This document shows positions 1 to 10,545 of a DNA stretch of 64,000 nucleotides, in pieces. Position 1 is the stretch's first letter. Every line of letters begins with the position of its first letter. The notes under the pieces are model-generated. The model worked only from the letters and a program-made list of their open reading frames with translations. It was not told the origin of the DNA and searched no databases. The position numbers and the translations under genes are program-made. Origin of the DNA: Piromyces finnis finn (Eukaryota > Fungi > Neocallimastigomycota); the NCBI GenBank assembly GCA_002104945.1, contig MCFH01000049.1, positions 310,001 through 374,000 of the forward strand, given 5' to 3'.

Positions 1-1797
1 TGGGGCACCAGCAGGAGACGATGATTTCCTAATGAAACCTTTATTTAAATTTTCATCTATATACTTTTTAAGTTCCTCTCTTTCAACTTCAGTTAATGGA
101 TACAATGGTCCATAAAATAAAGTTGAATCATCCTTAAGCTTGATTTCGCAATCATAAGGTCTATGAGGAGGTAACACTTCACAATTTTTTTCATTAAACA
201 CTTCACTAAATTCTAAATATTGGGTTGGTACGGAGACCAATTTATCTTTATTAATATCCTTTTCATTATTATTATTATTATTACTACATGATTCATTATT
301 ATTATTACATGTTTCATTAATTTTCGTTACAATACATTTAACCTTTTTATTAAAACTAATATATTCCTCATCGCTATCATCTTCATCATTAATGGTTCTA
401 ACAAGGCGGCCTTTAATATACTCCTTTTCTTCAGGGTTTTTTAAAGGGGCTGTAGAGACAGATTTTACTGTTTTAGTTAAACTTCGGTCAAGAACATCAT
501 GATCTAGCTGGCTTTTTTGAGACTTCTTTCTTTGCTTCCTTCTTCTTTTACCTTGGTTACAGTGTCTAGCACAATAACCGGAACTAAAAGCAATTTTCTT
601 AGGATCATAAAAAGCTTCAGGATTATGCTTTTTGATCCAAGGTAACCCAAGAATAACATCAACTCCAGGAACCTTTAAGCTATACAGCTGAATAACTTCA
701 TAATGGTTCCTATATCTTAGCATACATTTCTCCGACTTTTCCCAGACTCTGGAAATTCCATCATTGACTCCGGAAACACGGAATGGGTCAATATTCTCAA
801 ATTTAATGCCAAGATCCTCAGCAATATCCGGGTTAATAAAATTTAACTCGGAACCAGAATCAATCAACACCTTGATTTTTGCTTCGGGGACCTCGTTAGT
901 ACTTAAATAAAAGTCAATAAAATTCAAATCATCTTTTTTGTCCATTACTCCTACTTTATAAATTTTCGGTTCAACAATCTTAGGAGTTTTTTCTTTAATT
1001 ATTCTAAAAACCTTCTTGGGTTTTACTCTATTTGGACAATTAAATTTAAAATGTCCAGGTTTTTTACACAAAAAACAAACCCCCTTTCTCCTTTCTTCTT
1101 CAAACGTTCTTGGGCTCTCATCATAATTATTACTAGTTCCTTGAATATTTACATAACGTTTACGCTTCTTATCAGCACTAATTCTAAAAACGTCAACATC
1201 CATAGGATCATTAGCCCTTCTATTATTAAAATAAAACTCACTCAAAGAATTCCTTTTCATCATATCTTCAACTAATATTGTTGAGGATATTAAATGTTCC
1301 ATAGATGACGGGTTTGTTTCGACAAACGCCAATTTCTCTCTAAGTAATGGATTTAAACCTTTCAGAAACATATAGATCTTAGCACTTTCGTTAAAGTTGG
1401 AATTTTGGCTAACTCGTTGAAACTCGGTGATATAATCAACTACTTGACCAAGTTTTCTTTGTCTAATGTTATCGAGTTTACCGTTTGCAACAACAGTGTC
1501 ATATCGATCACTACCGAAATTAGCTCTGAGGCGATCTATAAATTCATCATAATGGTTCAATACATTACTATTATTCCTCATAAGCGATGATGCCCATTCC
1601 AGGGGTCTACCAGAGAAGTAGGAAATAACGAAATCAACCCGGACGCGATCTGTATTGTACAGTGCCGGTCGAGTTCGAAATACCAATTCTACTCTAGTTA
1701 AAAACCCATCTAAATCTCTATGTCTACCAGTAAACAACGGAGGAGCATTGATAATGTTCCCTGGATTTACTGTAGAACCACCACCTCTTTCTTCCAT
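1..1797 (-). CDS. Ty3/Gypsy retrotransposon Gag-protease-(RT start) polyprotein, open frame running off the left edge
   Basis: Manual minus-strand translation from ATG 1797 stays in frame to base 1 at the stretches checked. It gives a Gag capsid (FTGRHRDLDGFLTRVELVF...PLEWASSL), a CCHC knuckle (CFLCKKPGHFKFNC), an aspartic protease (VLIDSGSELNF, DVILGLPW) and the RT N-terminus (LPPHRPYDCEIKL...GPLYPL...GFIRKSSSPAGAP). It is missing from the ORF track, presumably because it has no stop in the window. Confidence 0.92.
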   Translation of the reverse strand, partial: MEERGGGSTVNPGNIINAPPLFTGRHRDLDGFLTRVELVFRTRPALYNTDRVRVDFVISYFSGRPLEWASSLMRNNSNVLNHYDEFIDRLRANFGSDRYDTVVANGKLDNIRQRKLGQVVDYITEFQRVSQNSNFNESAKIYMFLKGLNPLLREKLAFVETNPSSMEHLISSTILVEDMMKRNSLSEFYFNNRRANDPMDVDVFRISADKKRKRYVNIQGTSNNYDESPRTFEEERRKGVCFLCKKPGHFKFNCPNRVKPKKVFRIIKEKTPKIVEPKIYKVGVMDKKDDLNFIDFYLSTNEVPEAKIKVLIDSGSELNFINPDIAEDLGIKFENIDPFRVSGVNDGISRVWEKSEKCMLRYRNHYEVIQLYSLKVPGVDVILGLPWIKKHNPEAFYDPKKIAFSSGYCARHCNQGKRRRKQRKKSQKSQLDHDVLDRSLTKTVKSVSTAPLKNPEEKEYIKGRLVRTINDEDDSDEEYISFNKKVKCIVTKINETCNNNNESCSNNNNNNEKDINKDKLVSVPTQYLEFSEVFNEKNCEVLPPHRPYDCEIKLKDDSTLFYGPLYPLTEVEREELKKYIDENLNKGFIRKSSSPAGAP

Positions 1798-1915
1798 TTC
1801 TTCTAAATTTAAATTATCAAAAGTATTAATTAATTCCTCCAACTCTAATACAAAAACACATAAAATTAAAATTAAGTAAAATAACGAGGGTTTCTTACTA
1901 TTATTTCAAGTAAGT

Positions 1916-1956
<41 letters not shown>

Positions 1957-2343
1957 CGTCTTCTAACAATAAGTTAATAAGTTATTACAGACTCTCTCTG
2001 TATAATTACAGTGTCGAACAAGTTATTAACTAATGTTAATTCCAAACTTCAGCCGTAGTAATAGTCCTTTTCAAATACGAATTATTCGGTGAAGCGTTCC
2101 GATTGATTAAAGTATTCTTGTAGTCCGGTAGAATATCCCAAAGTTCTTGATAATCTTCCTTAGGTAGCCTTAGCAAAATATTCAAAAATTTCTTCTATTT
2201 CTTCAAGTAGAGTTTTCCAAAAAGTTCTTATATTTCTTCTAGTAGAATTCTTCTATTTGTCCTAGTAGAATCTTCCCAAAAGTTCTTCTATTTCTTCTTG
2301 ATACCCTAACGTATTCGTAACTATCTGTTTAGGTAATTGTTAT
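1..2343 (-). mobile_element. Ty3/Gypsy LTR retrotransposon, 5' part (leader/putative LTR about 1900-2343 plus gag-pol)
   Basis: Contains the gag-pol frame above. Upstream there are short tandem TTCTTCTATTT-like repeats at about 2140-2300. The LTR termini are not clearly resolvable. Confidence 0.7.
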
Positions 2344-2940
2344 TGTAAAGTCAGACACTAAACCGAATAGATTAGGATATCTAACCTATTACAATAACAC
2401 AAAAATTTGAGAAATAAAATAAAAAATTGTTTTATAAAATATCTTTTATTATAATAGAATTTTAATAATAACAATTACATCGATAAAATGATGAAAAATA
2501 TCTTCTATTTATATTTTTCCTAAATACATTTATATTATATTATAACTATTTATTTCTTATATATTATTATTTAAAATCTACACTAAAATCTTAATTATTA
2601 ATAAATATTTAAACTATAACTATTTTTAGTAAAATACAATTGGCAATTCAAATTAAGTACCATTTAATTTGAATATGTGCCCATGTATTATTGATATATT
2701 AATCATTTATTATTTATCTATTTCTATAAAAAAACAATACTAAAACTAGGGATTTAAATTGAGAATATTAATTTACTTGTTAAACATTAAAAATAAATTA
2801 ATAATTTATTTTGTTTTAAACTTTAATTATTAATAAATAAATTATGTCTCATTTTCTTTTTCTGAATATAATTTGTGTAACTTAAACAATAATACTTGTG
2901 GCTTAAGTTACATTAAAGATATCAAACAGAGGCGTTTGAT
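2344..2940. mobile_element. Solo-LTR-like element, family 1, right end truncated
   Basis: Starts TGTAAAG and is closely similar over about 570 bp to 3183-3799, but lacks the final ATCTTTACA and has no TSD. Confidence 0.7.
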
Positions 2941-3040
2941 GACTCTCTTTTGAACTCTTTTGGACTCTTTTGGACTCTCTTTTGAACTCTCTTGGATTCT
3001 CTTGGATTCTTTTGGATTTTTTTGGATTTTTTTAGATATA
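2941..3040 (+). repeat. Short degenerate tandem repeats (CTCTTTTGGA-like) in the leader of the + strand Gypsy element
   Basis: Visible 10-12 bp units gactctcttttgaactcttttggactc... Confidence 0.6.
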
Positions 3041-3182
3041 TTATACTGATTAAATTAAATTAAAATTAGATATTATAAATAAAATAAAGAAAATGGATGA
3101 AGAATTGATGAATAATGCTACGTTGAAGAATGGTTTCGCTGGAAATCGTCGTTTCTTTAAGGGTTTTCTTGCCAAAATAGAA

Positions 3183-3799
3183 TGTAATGCTGACACAGAA
3201 AGAATAGATTAGGATATCTATTCTATTACAATAACACAAAATCTAAAATAAAATAAAAAATTGTTTTATTAAAAATATCTTTTATTATAATAGAAATTTT
3301 ATTAATAACAATTACATTGATAAAATGATGAAAAATATCTTCTATTTATATTTTTCCTAAATACATTTATATTATATTATAACTATTTATTTAAAATATA
3401 TTATTATTTAAAACCTACACTAAAATCTTAATTATTAATAAAATATTTAAACTATAACTATTTTTAGTAAAATACAATTGGCAATTCAAATTAAGTACCA
3501 TTTAATTTGAATATGTGCCCATGTATTATTTATATATTAATCATTTATTATTTATATACTATTCATCTTTTTCTATCAAAAAACAATACTAAAACTAAGA
3601 AATTAAATTGAGAAATTTAATTTATTTGTAAAACATTAAAAATAAATTAATAATTTATTTTGTTTCAAACTTTAATTATTAATAAATAAATTATGTCTCA
3701 TTTTCTTTTTCTGTAATATAAATTGTGTAACTTAAACAATAATACTTGTGGCTAAAGTTACATTAAAGATATCAAGCTGAGGCGTTTGATATCTTTACA
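3183..3799. mobile_element. Solo-LTR-like element, family 1, with 5-bp TSD TAGAA
   Basis: TGTAA...TTTACA termini, TAGAA at 3178-3182 and 3800-3804, inserted in the gag frame. Confidence 0.9.
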
Positions 3800-3878
3800 T
3801 AGAATTAATCTTTATGGTCTACCCAGAGCGTTACGCGGATGACGAAACAAAAATCGTTTATATCATTTCGAGACTATA

Positions 3879-4610
3879 TGTAAAAGTTTTAAAATTTAAA
3901 ACAGATTATAAAATTTTTTACAATAAAACAAAAACACAATAAAATAAAAAATTAAAAACAAAAACAAAATTTATTTATATTCTTTTTTCTTTTTTATTAG
4001 TTCTTATTTAGTTATTAACTAAATTATAGTCAATAACAATTATATCGTTTAACTATGAAATTTTACATGTATTTATATTTTTTACAAGTTATATTTTAAT
4101 ATACTATTCTATTTAATTATACATATATTCAATATAAAATAAACAAAACTAATTTAATACTAATTTAATTAAATAATAAAATAATAAAACTAAACTAAAA
4201 CTAATTAAATACACTTTTGATTCAATTTGAGTAAACTACAAATTGAATACAGTCCATGTATTACCTATATATTAATTAAATATTAATAATACTATTTATT
4301 ATATATTTACTATTAAAAAATACTAATTTAAAACTACGCTAAAGTTATTAAACTATTTTTAATTAAATAAGAACTTTTTAAGATTTAATTTGAATATTTA
4401 AAATATTTAAATTTAATTATCCATTAATTTAAATATTTATCCAAATTTCATTTCCAACTTTGATATTTTAAAATTAATCTTTATTTAATTATTCCTTAAA
4501 ATTTATGTAATAAATTTTATAAATAATTTTTCATTAAAATATCAAAATTATTATTTAATAATTATTAATTAATTATTAAATAATTTAAAGATATATATTA
4601 TATCTTTACA
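3879..4610. mobile_element. Solo-LTR-like element, family 2, with 5-bp TSD CTATA
   Basis: TGTAAAA...CTTTACA termini, CTATA at 3874-3878 and 4611-4615, inserted in the gag frame. Confidence 0.9.
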
Positions 4611-5355
4611 CTATATGGTGAAGCTTTGAATTGGGCTGCATCATTAATTCACAATCATGATGAATGCCTGTTAAATTATGACTCATTTGTTGCCAAGCTT
4701 AAATCTGTGTTTGGTGACAACGACTCAACGTTTGTGGCTAATCAAAAACTTCGAACTATAAAGCAAAGAAAAATCGGTGAGATTCAAAAATATATTCTTG
4801 AATTTAACCGATACTCCGATGACACCTCTTGGAACGAAAGTGCAAAAATGGACGCCTTCTTAGCTGGACTACAAGATCAAGTCGCCAATAGGATTTTAGA
4901 AATGTTTCCCGGTCCACAAACGCTATTAAATTTACAAGTTATTGCATCAAGAATCGATTCTAGAATCGATACCAACAGAAGATTTTTCAACAACAATCAT
5001 TCTAATAACACTATTCAAAACCGAAGAACTGAAGCAAATAGAAAACCTTTCACTTCAAGAAATAAGAAAACTTATGGACCGCTTTCCTCAGAAGAAAAAG
5101 CTAGAAGAATTAAGGAAAATCTCCGCCTGTATTGTGGTTCTCCAGATCATAAGTTAAGTAACTGCCCAAAAAGAAGTAAAAATGAAAAATTAGCTGGGAC
5201 TCATATTTCTAACACTACGCCTGAAAAGAAGCCTAGAATAAGATTCTCCGATAATCCCAATCTGAAACAACCAGTCTTTGAGTTCCAACTCAATACTTCC
5301 GACGTCTCCGTGAATACTAAACTACTAATTGATTCAGGATCTCAACTTAACCTAC

Positions 5356-6106
5356 TGTAAAATATTAATCTTAAAACAGATTATATATTTAACAATAAAA
5401 CAATTAAACACACGATAAAATAAAAATAGGAGTTTCTTTTTTTTAAAAATTATCTTCTTTATTAATGGTTAGAAATAAAATAACAATTACATCGATTCAA
5501 TTGATAAAATTTACATGTATTTATATTTTTTCATAATTATATTCTAATATATTATTCTATTTAAATAAACATATATTTAATATAAAATAAACAAAACTAA
5601 TCTAATTAAATAATAAAATAATAAAACTAAACTAAAACTAATTCATTATACTTTTAATTTAATTTGAGTAAACTCAAAATTGAATAAAGCTCAGGTATTA
5701 TCTATAAATTAATTTAATATTATCAATATTATTTTTAATATATTTCCTATTGAAATATAAATAAATCTATTTTTAAAACTAAGTTAAAATTATTAAACTA
5801 TTCTAAATTTAAATAAAAAAGTATATTATTATTAAACTATTCTAAAATTAAATAAAAAGTATTTAAAGTTATTATGAATATTTAAAATATTTGAAATATT
5901 TAAATTTAATTAAGATTCTTTTGTTCCTTAAATTTAAATATTTATCTTTATTTAATTTTGACGGAATTATTATAAAATAATTTATTATTAAATTATTCCA
6001 TTGAATATTAAAAATTTCATAGTTAATTTTAATAAATATTAATTTATTATTTAATAATTAATAGTTAATTATTAAATAATCTAAAGATATATATTATATC
6101 TTTACA
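5356..6106. mobile_element. Solo-LTR-like element, family 2, second copy
   Basis: TGTAAAA...ATCTTTACA termini, similar to 3879-4610. It cuts the protease frame. The flanks do not match (CCTAC vs CTAAA) and the rest of pol is absent. Confidence 0.8.
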
Positions 6107-7849
6107 CTAAATAATTAAATTCACCTATATTATAGATTTACTTAACTAATATTAATAATATTAATATCTTTTATTCTACAACCTCACACTTCGCACCAAT
6201 TTGATATATGTTTCTTTTATGTTGTAGTCATTTAATATTACTTTATTTATAATTTATTATATTAGGTGAAAAATATTTTATTATTATTATTATTAACTTC
6301 TCTCTTATTGATAATTTCACTTTTACTATTTTCTTATTAATTATTAAAGCTCTTCTCTAATTATTAACAATTTTTACATGAATATTTTTATATTATAAAA
6401 TTCCTATAATATAATTGAATATCAATTATATAATGTAATGTATTCATAATATATGAATAATAATTAAATAGGATATAAATATAATATATTTTTCATTTTA
6501 AATGAAATATTACTATATTAGGAAAGGTAATTCAATACAAATAAGTATTACAATAAAATTTATACTAATATATAATATTAATATATGAGAATATAATGAA
6601 ATGTGTACATGAATTCTATAGTTAATATATACATAATGTATTATAATGTATATCAATTATTATATTATTATTATGAAATATTATATATAAATTTTAAATA
6701 TGAAAATATATATTTTAAATAATAAAAATTATTTTAAATATGGCTAATATGTAGCTAGACATATTAATTTCATATCAGCTTCACATATTCTAACAAACAA
6801 AATTGTTATAATATCATAACTTAATAAACTTTAATTATTATTGATTAATAATACATTAGTAATAGTTAGTAATTCACATGTTCTAAGAATATTCATGTAC
6901 ATGATTTTTAGTAATAGATTAAGCCACATATTATAGTATAATTTATTGAATTTTGTATTAAATAATTACTTGTAATTACCTATTTATATAATTTATTATA
7001 AATAAACTTTATTAATAAAATCAACCTAAAATTAATAAAAATAATTATTAAATAAATGATAAATAAATGATACATTAAATTTAAGCAAATTAAAAATGTT
7101 TATTATTTTGGAAATAAAAATTATTTTTTTAATCATTTTTCTTTATCTTTATTTAATAGTTCATAAACAAACTTTCTAATAATAATTATTAATTTTATTT
7201 GATTTTAGGAAGTAATCAAACTAATTCATAATTATAAATAGAAGAATTTAAATTTTTTTAAATTTCATTTTTAAATAGTTGACTAAAATGTAACAAATTG
7301 TCTTTTTTTATTATTAAAGGTTTTAAAATCAATTTACTTTAAAACAAATAAAATGATATAAAACGATCATTTACTTTAAATATTTTTCATTTATACTTTT
7401 TTAGAAATTTTCATTTATTTTTAATAATTTTTTATATTAATTAATTATGAAAGAATTAATTTTTTTTTTTTTTTAGAAAAAGAATACTTTTTAATGTTTG
7501 TTTTTTGTTGTTATTTTTGTTGTTGTTGTTGTTGTTGTTGTTGTTTTTATTTAAGATCATATTTTAATACTTATTTTATTTTATTATGTTATTTGTTACT
7601 ATTATTATAAGTGAGAAATTTTAGTTTATTAGTTTTTTGTTTTAATTTTAATTCTCAATAGCATAAACTATAATAATTTATTTCTTTTTATCATTTCATT
7701 ATTGAATATATTTTTATTAATATGCTTTTTATTTTCATTTTAAACTTTAATTTTTTAGTCGTGCCTTTATCAATTCACATTATTACACAATCACTTTTTT
7801 TTTTAATTTCTCCATTATTAAATTTATTTAATAATACGGAATTAGTTTT

Positions 7850-8097
7850 ATATTTATTTTCAATTTCTTCATGTTCTTCAATATGGTTTAAATGAGATAA
7901 ATATTTTGAAATTACATTATAGGTATCTGTATTTAAAAGATCTACTATTTTATATGAAGACTTTTCTTTAGTTCTTTCTAATATTTTAATTGATTTTTCT
8001 ACACTGTCTACATCTAAATCTTCATTTGTTTTTTTATTTTTATAACCTATAATAGTATCATTATCGTTAGTATCTGTTCTTGCTTCTAAATCATCAA
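7850..8097 (-). pseudogene. Fragment paralogous to orphan ORF 9536-10054
   Basis: The minus strand translates as ...DLEARTDTNDNDTIIGYKNKKTNEDLDVDSVEKSIKIL..., matching EVIIGYRNKRTNKALDIEDVEKSIEI in ORF 9536. It is truncated by the LINE fragment at about 8099. Confidence 0.65.
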
Positions 8098-8098
8098 A

Positions 8099-8960
8099 AA
8101 TTTGTTGATCCAGTTTGTCCTAACTACTGTCCATGTTGCAAAAGTGGAGATCAAAGTATTAAATATTGGTTATTAGATTGTCCAACATTTAGAGATATCC
8201 GTATTAAAAAAAACATTACAATTACTTTGTCTAACTATTAAATTTTTTTAATCAACTTAATACTAATAATCCTATCAATAATAATGAATATTTTAATATC
8301 AATAGAAATAGCAATAATAATAATAATAGTAATAGTAATAATAATAGTAATGGTAGCATTAATAATAATAATTTTAATAATAATTTTAATTAATATTATT
8401 GATAATATTGATAATAGTAGTAATAGCAATATAGCAATAGTGAAGATAATAATTCTAATTTAGATAGTAATTTAGTTAATAATAGTAATAGTTCTAATAA
8501 TCGGTAAATATTAATGTGTATGATTATTCTAGTATGTGCAATAAAATATTTAATTCCTTCTTGGAGAAAGAAGTTTTAACAATATCAATTACAATTCAAG
8601 GGAATGGAAAGAATTTTGCAAGTGTCAAATTCAGTCTGGCATTTACAAAAGAACACCATTCTTGACGGTAACAACGTAACTTCTAACCAAAAATCATGCC
8701 TTTTGTTATTGGTCAGCAATGGTCAACAAAAGGTTTGAAACAACCTCCAAGAGCGTCAATGCTGAAGAAATAGTAAAGCAGGCCAGGAGGGCCAGCGCAA
8801 CCAACAGAGATCATAATTTTGTCCCATGATAAAATTTTGATCTTTGGCTCGGTGTCCCATTGGAAGTCAAATACAATTATTATACTTTAGTATAATAGTG
8901 GCTTTCTTACTTTAATTAAAATTATTAGAATACATTATACTCAATTTTTATTCATGATGA
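8099..8960 (+). mobile_element. Degraded 3' fragment of the resident LINE
   Basis: Aligns by eye to the LINE C-terminus (TTTGTTGATCCAGTTTGTCCTAACTACTG...GATCATAATTTTGTCCCATGA) and its 3' UTR, with many indels and no poly(A). Confidence 0.9.
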
Positions 8961-9258
8961 TTTAATATAAATCATAGATTTTTGGCGATTTAGCCAAACT
9001 TTTTAGCCAGAAGAAATTCGACCTCATGCAGAATTTTAACCAGACCTTTTTTTCATTTGTATTTAATTAAACATATTTTTTTTTTATTTTTATTTTTTTA
9101 TTTTTAATTTTGTTTTTTTTATAATATGTATAATAACCATTAAAAAAAATTCACCAAATAATTTAATAGCATTAATTACTATTATTAGTAAATATCATGA
9201 AATCGATAATTTTATGATAAAATCTGGAAAATAAAATAAAGAGAAAAATAAATACAAT

Positions 9259-10108
9259 ATGCATAGAAGCAGAAGCAGAAAACCAGAAATCGAATTAGTA
9301 GATAACTTATATTAAATAGAAATGTGGTTTAAATATAAAAGAGGTAATATTTCTTTTTTTAAACAATCCGTACAACTATCATTAAGATATGAAAAACCTA
9401 TTGAAATTGAAATAGATTTTAGCCTTCCAATTGATAAGTTCATTAATAATCAAAGAATAAATGTAATAAACAAAAAAGAATTTTCTGATACTTTAATAAG
9501 CTTATTCAAATTAGAAATGAAAAAGAAATATTCTGATGATACACAAAGGAAAGATAATAATAAATGAAATTAAATATTTTGGAACTAAATATTACATGTC
9601 TCTTAATGATCCAATGGTTTATGAAAGAGATATCAAAACTACATTTTATAATGATAATCAAGCTATTTCAGCATTAGCAGATTACAAAAATCTTGATGTA
9701 GATGATCAAAATTCTATTATAAATAATTTATTTACACCAATAGATTCTAAATTCCTTTATATTCACACCATCAATACCATATACAAAGATTTAGAAGAAA
9801 TAGTTGATAACCATGAAGTCATTATAGGTTACAGAAATAAAAGAACAAATAAAGCTTTAGATATAGAAGATGTAGAAAAATCAATTGAAATCGCCATGAA
9901 TGCCAGAATCATCATGGAATCAGATGATAATATCAATAAGATTATTGTCAATTCATATTCATATGACGAACCTGTTAAAGTTGTTTTTTCTGATGTCTAT
10001 AATGTTGATATTTTAAAACAATATGATAGTAATATTAAAAAAAAAATTCATTAGATAGTTTATACGATGAAGTTATTCATAAGAAAAGTAATTGTGAAGC
10101 CAATGGCA
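9259..10108 (+). pseudogene. Frameshifted intronless orphan gene (ORFs 9322-9567 and 9536-10054)
   Basis: Two overlapping ORFs with coding-like composition. There are likely further frameshifts at about 9310 and in the A-run at about 10040. No family recognised. Confidence 0.5.
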
Positions 10109-10199
10109 ACTATAAATGAAAAAATAAAAACTGAGAATGAATCAATAATAAATACAATTCAATTCCCAAAATAAATATTGAATATCATTTAATGAATTT

Positions 10200-10545
10200 T
10201 TAGAATTGAACCCGATTATTTTAAAAATGAATAGTAAAAGTAATCCTGTTATTATTAAATATTCTTTCGATTTTTAAGTAATCATAGTGTACTAATCTAC
10301 CACCTCAGAATGCGTATCTTAATTTCATTTATTCATAGTACAGTTCTTTATTATGCATCATTTTTTGGTTCTAATAAAGCCAACACTAAAAAAGCACAAA
10401 TTGCTATCAATCAAAGAATATATTAGAATTTTAGATTTAAAAATAACACTTCAAATACAACTATATATAACATGTCTATGGAATTATTCATACCTCCATT
10501 AGCTAGTTTTTATGCTAATGCTCTTGATATTTTAAACATCATGTC
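10200..10545 (+). mobile_element. Ancient fragment of a related but divergent LINE (post-RT region)
   Basis: Piecewise translation ...VLYYASFFGSNKANTKKAQIAINQ...SMELFIPPLAS resembles VSYFAPLLGSNKARSRIAQKHVNK...SKDLNIPPLSA of the intact LINE ORF. Confidence 0.6.

Larger units (their letters stand above)
3094..5355 (+). pseudogene. Ty3/Gypsy gag-protease interrupted by solo-LTR-like insertions
   Basis: Removing 3183-3804 and 3879-4615 (each insert plus one TSD copy) restores a continuous frame MDEELMNN...FAGNRRFFKGFLAKIELIFMVYPERYADDETKIVYIISRLYGEALNWAASLIHN..., which continues into ORF 4626-5360. That ORF has a mutated knuckle (RLYCGSPDHKLSNC) and the protease motif LLIDSGSQLN. Confidence 0.9.

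Noticed and set aside
1051-1879. Three short + strand ORFs
   Set aside because: Antisense to the Gypsy gag-pol frame.
6107-7800. Imperfect local direct and inverted similarities in very AT-rich DNA (MITE or Helitron?)
   Set aside because: No definable termini or TSD, and expected by chance at this composition.
8238-8429. Hydrophobic I/L-rich ORF (also 21465-21653)
   Set aside because: Alternative-frame reading of the Asn-rich LINE tract.
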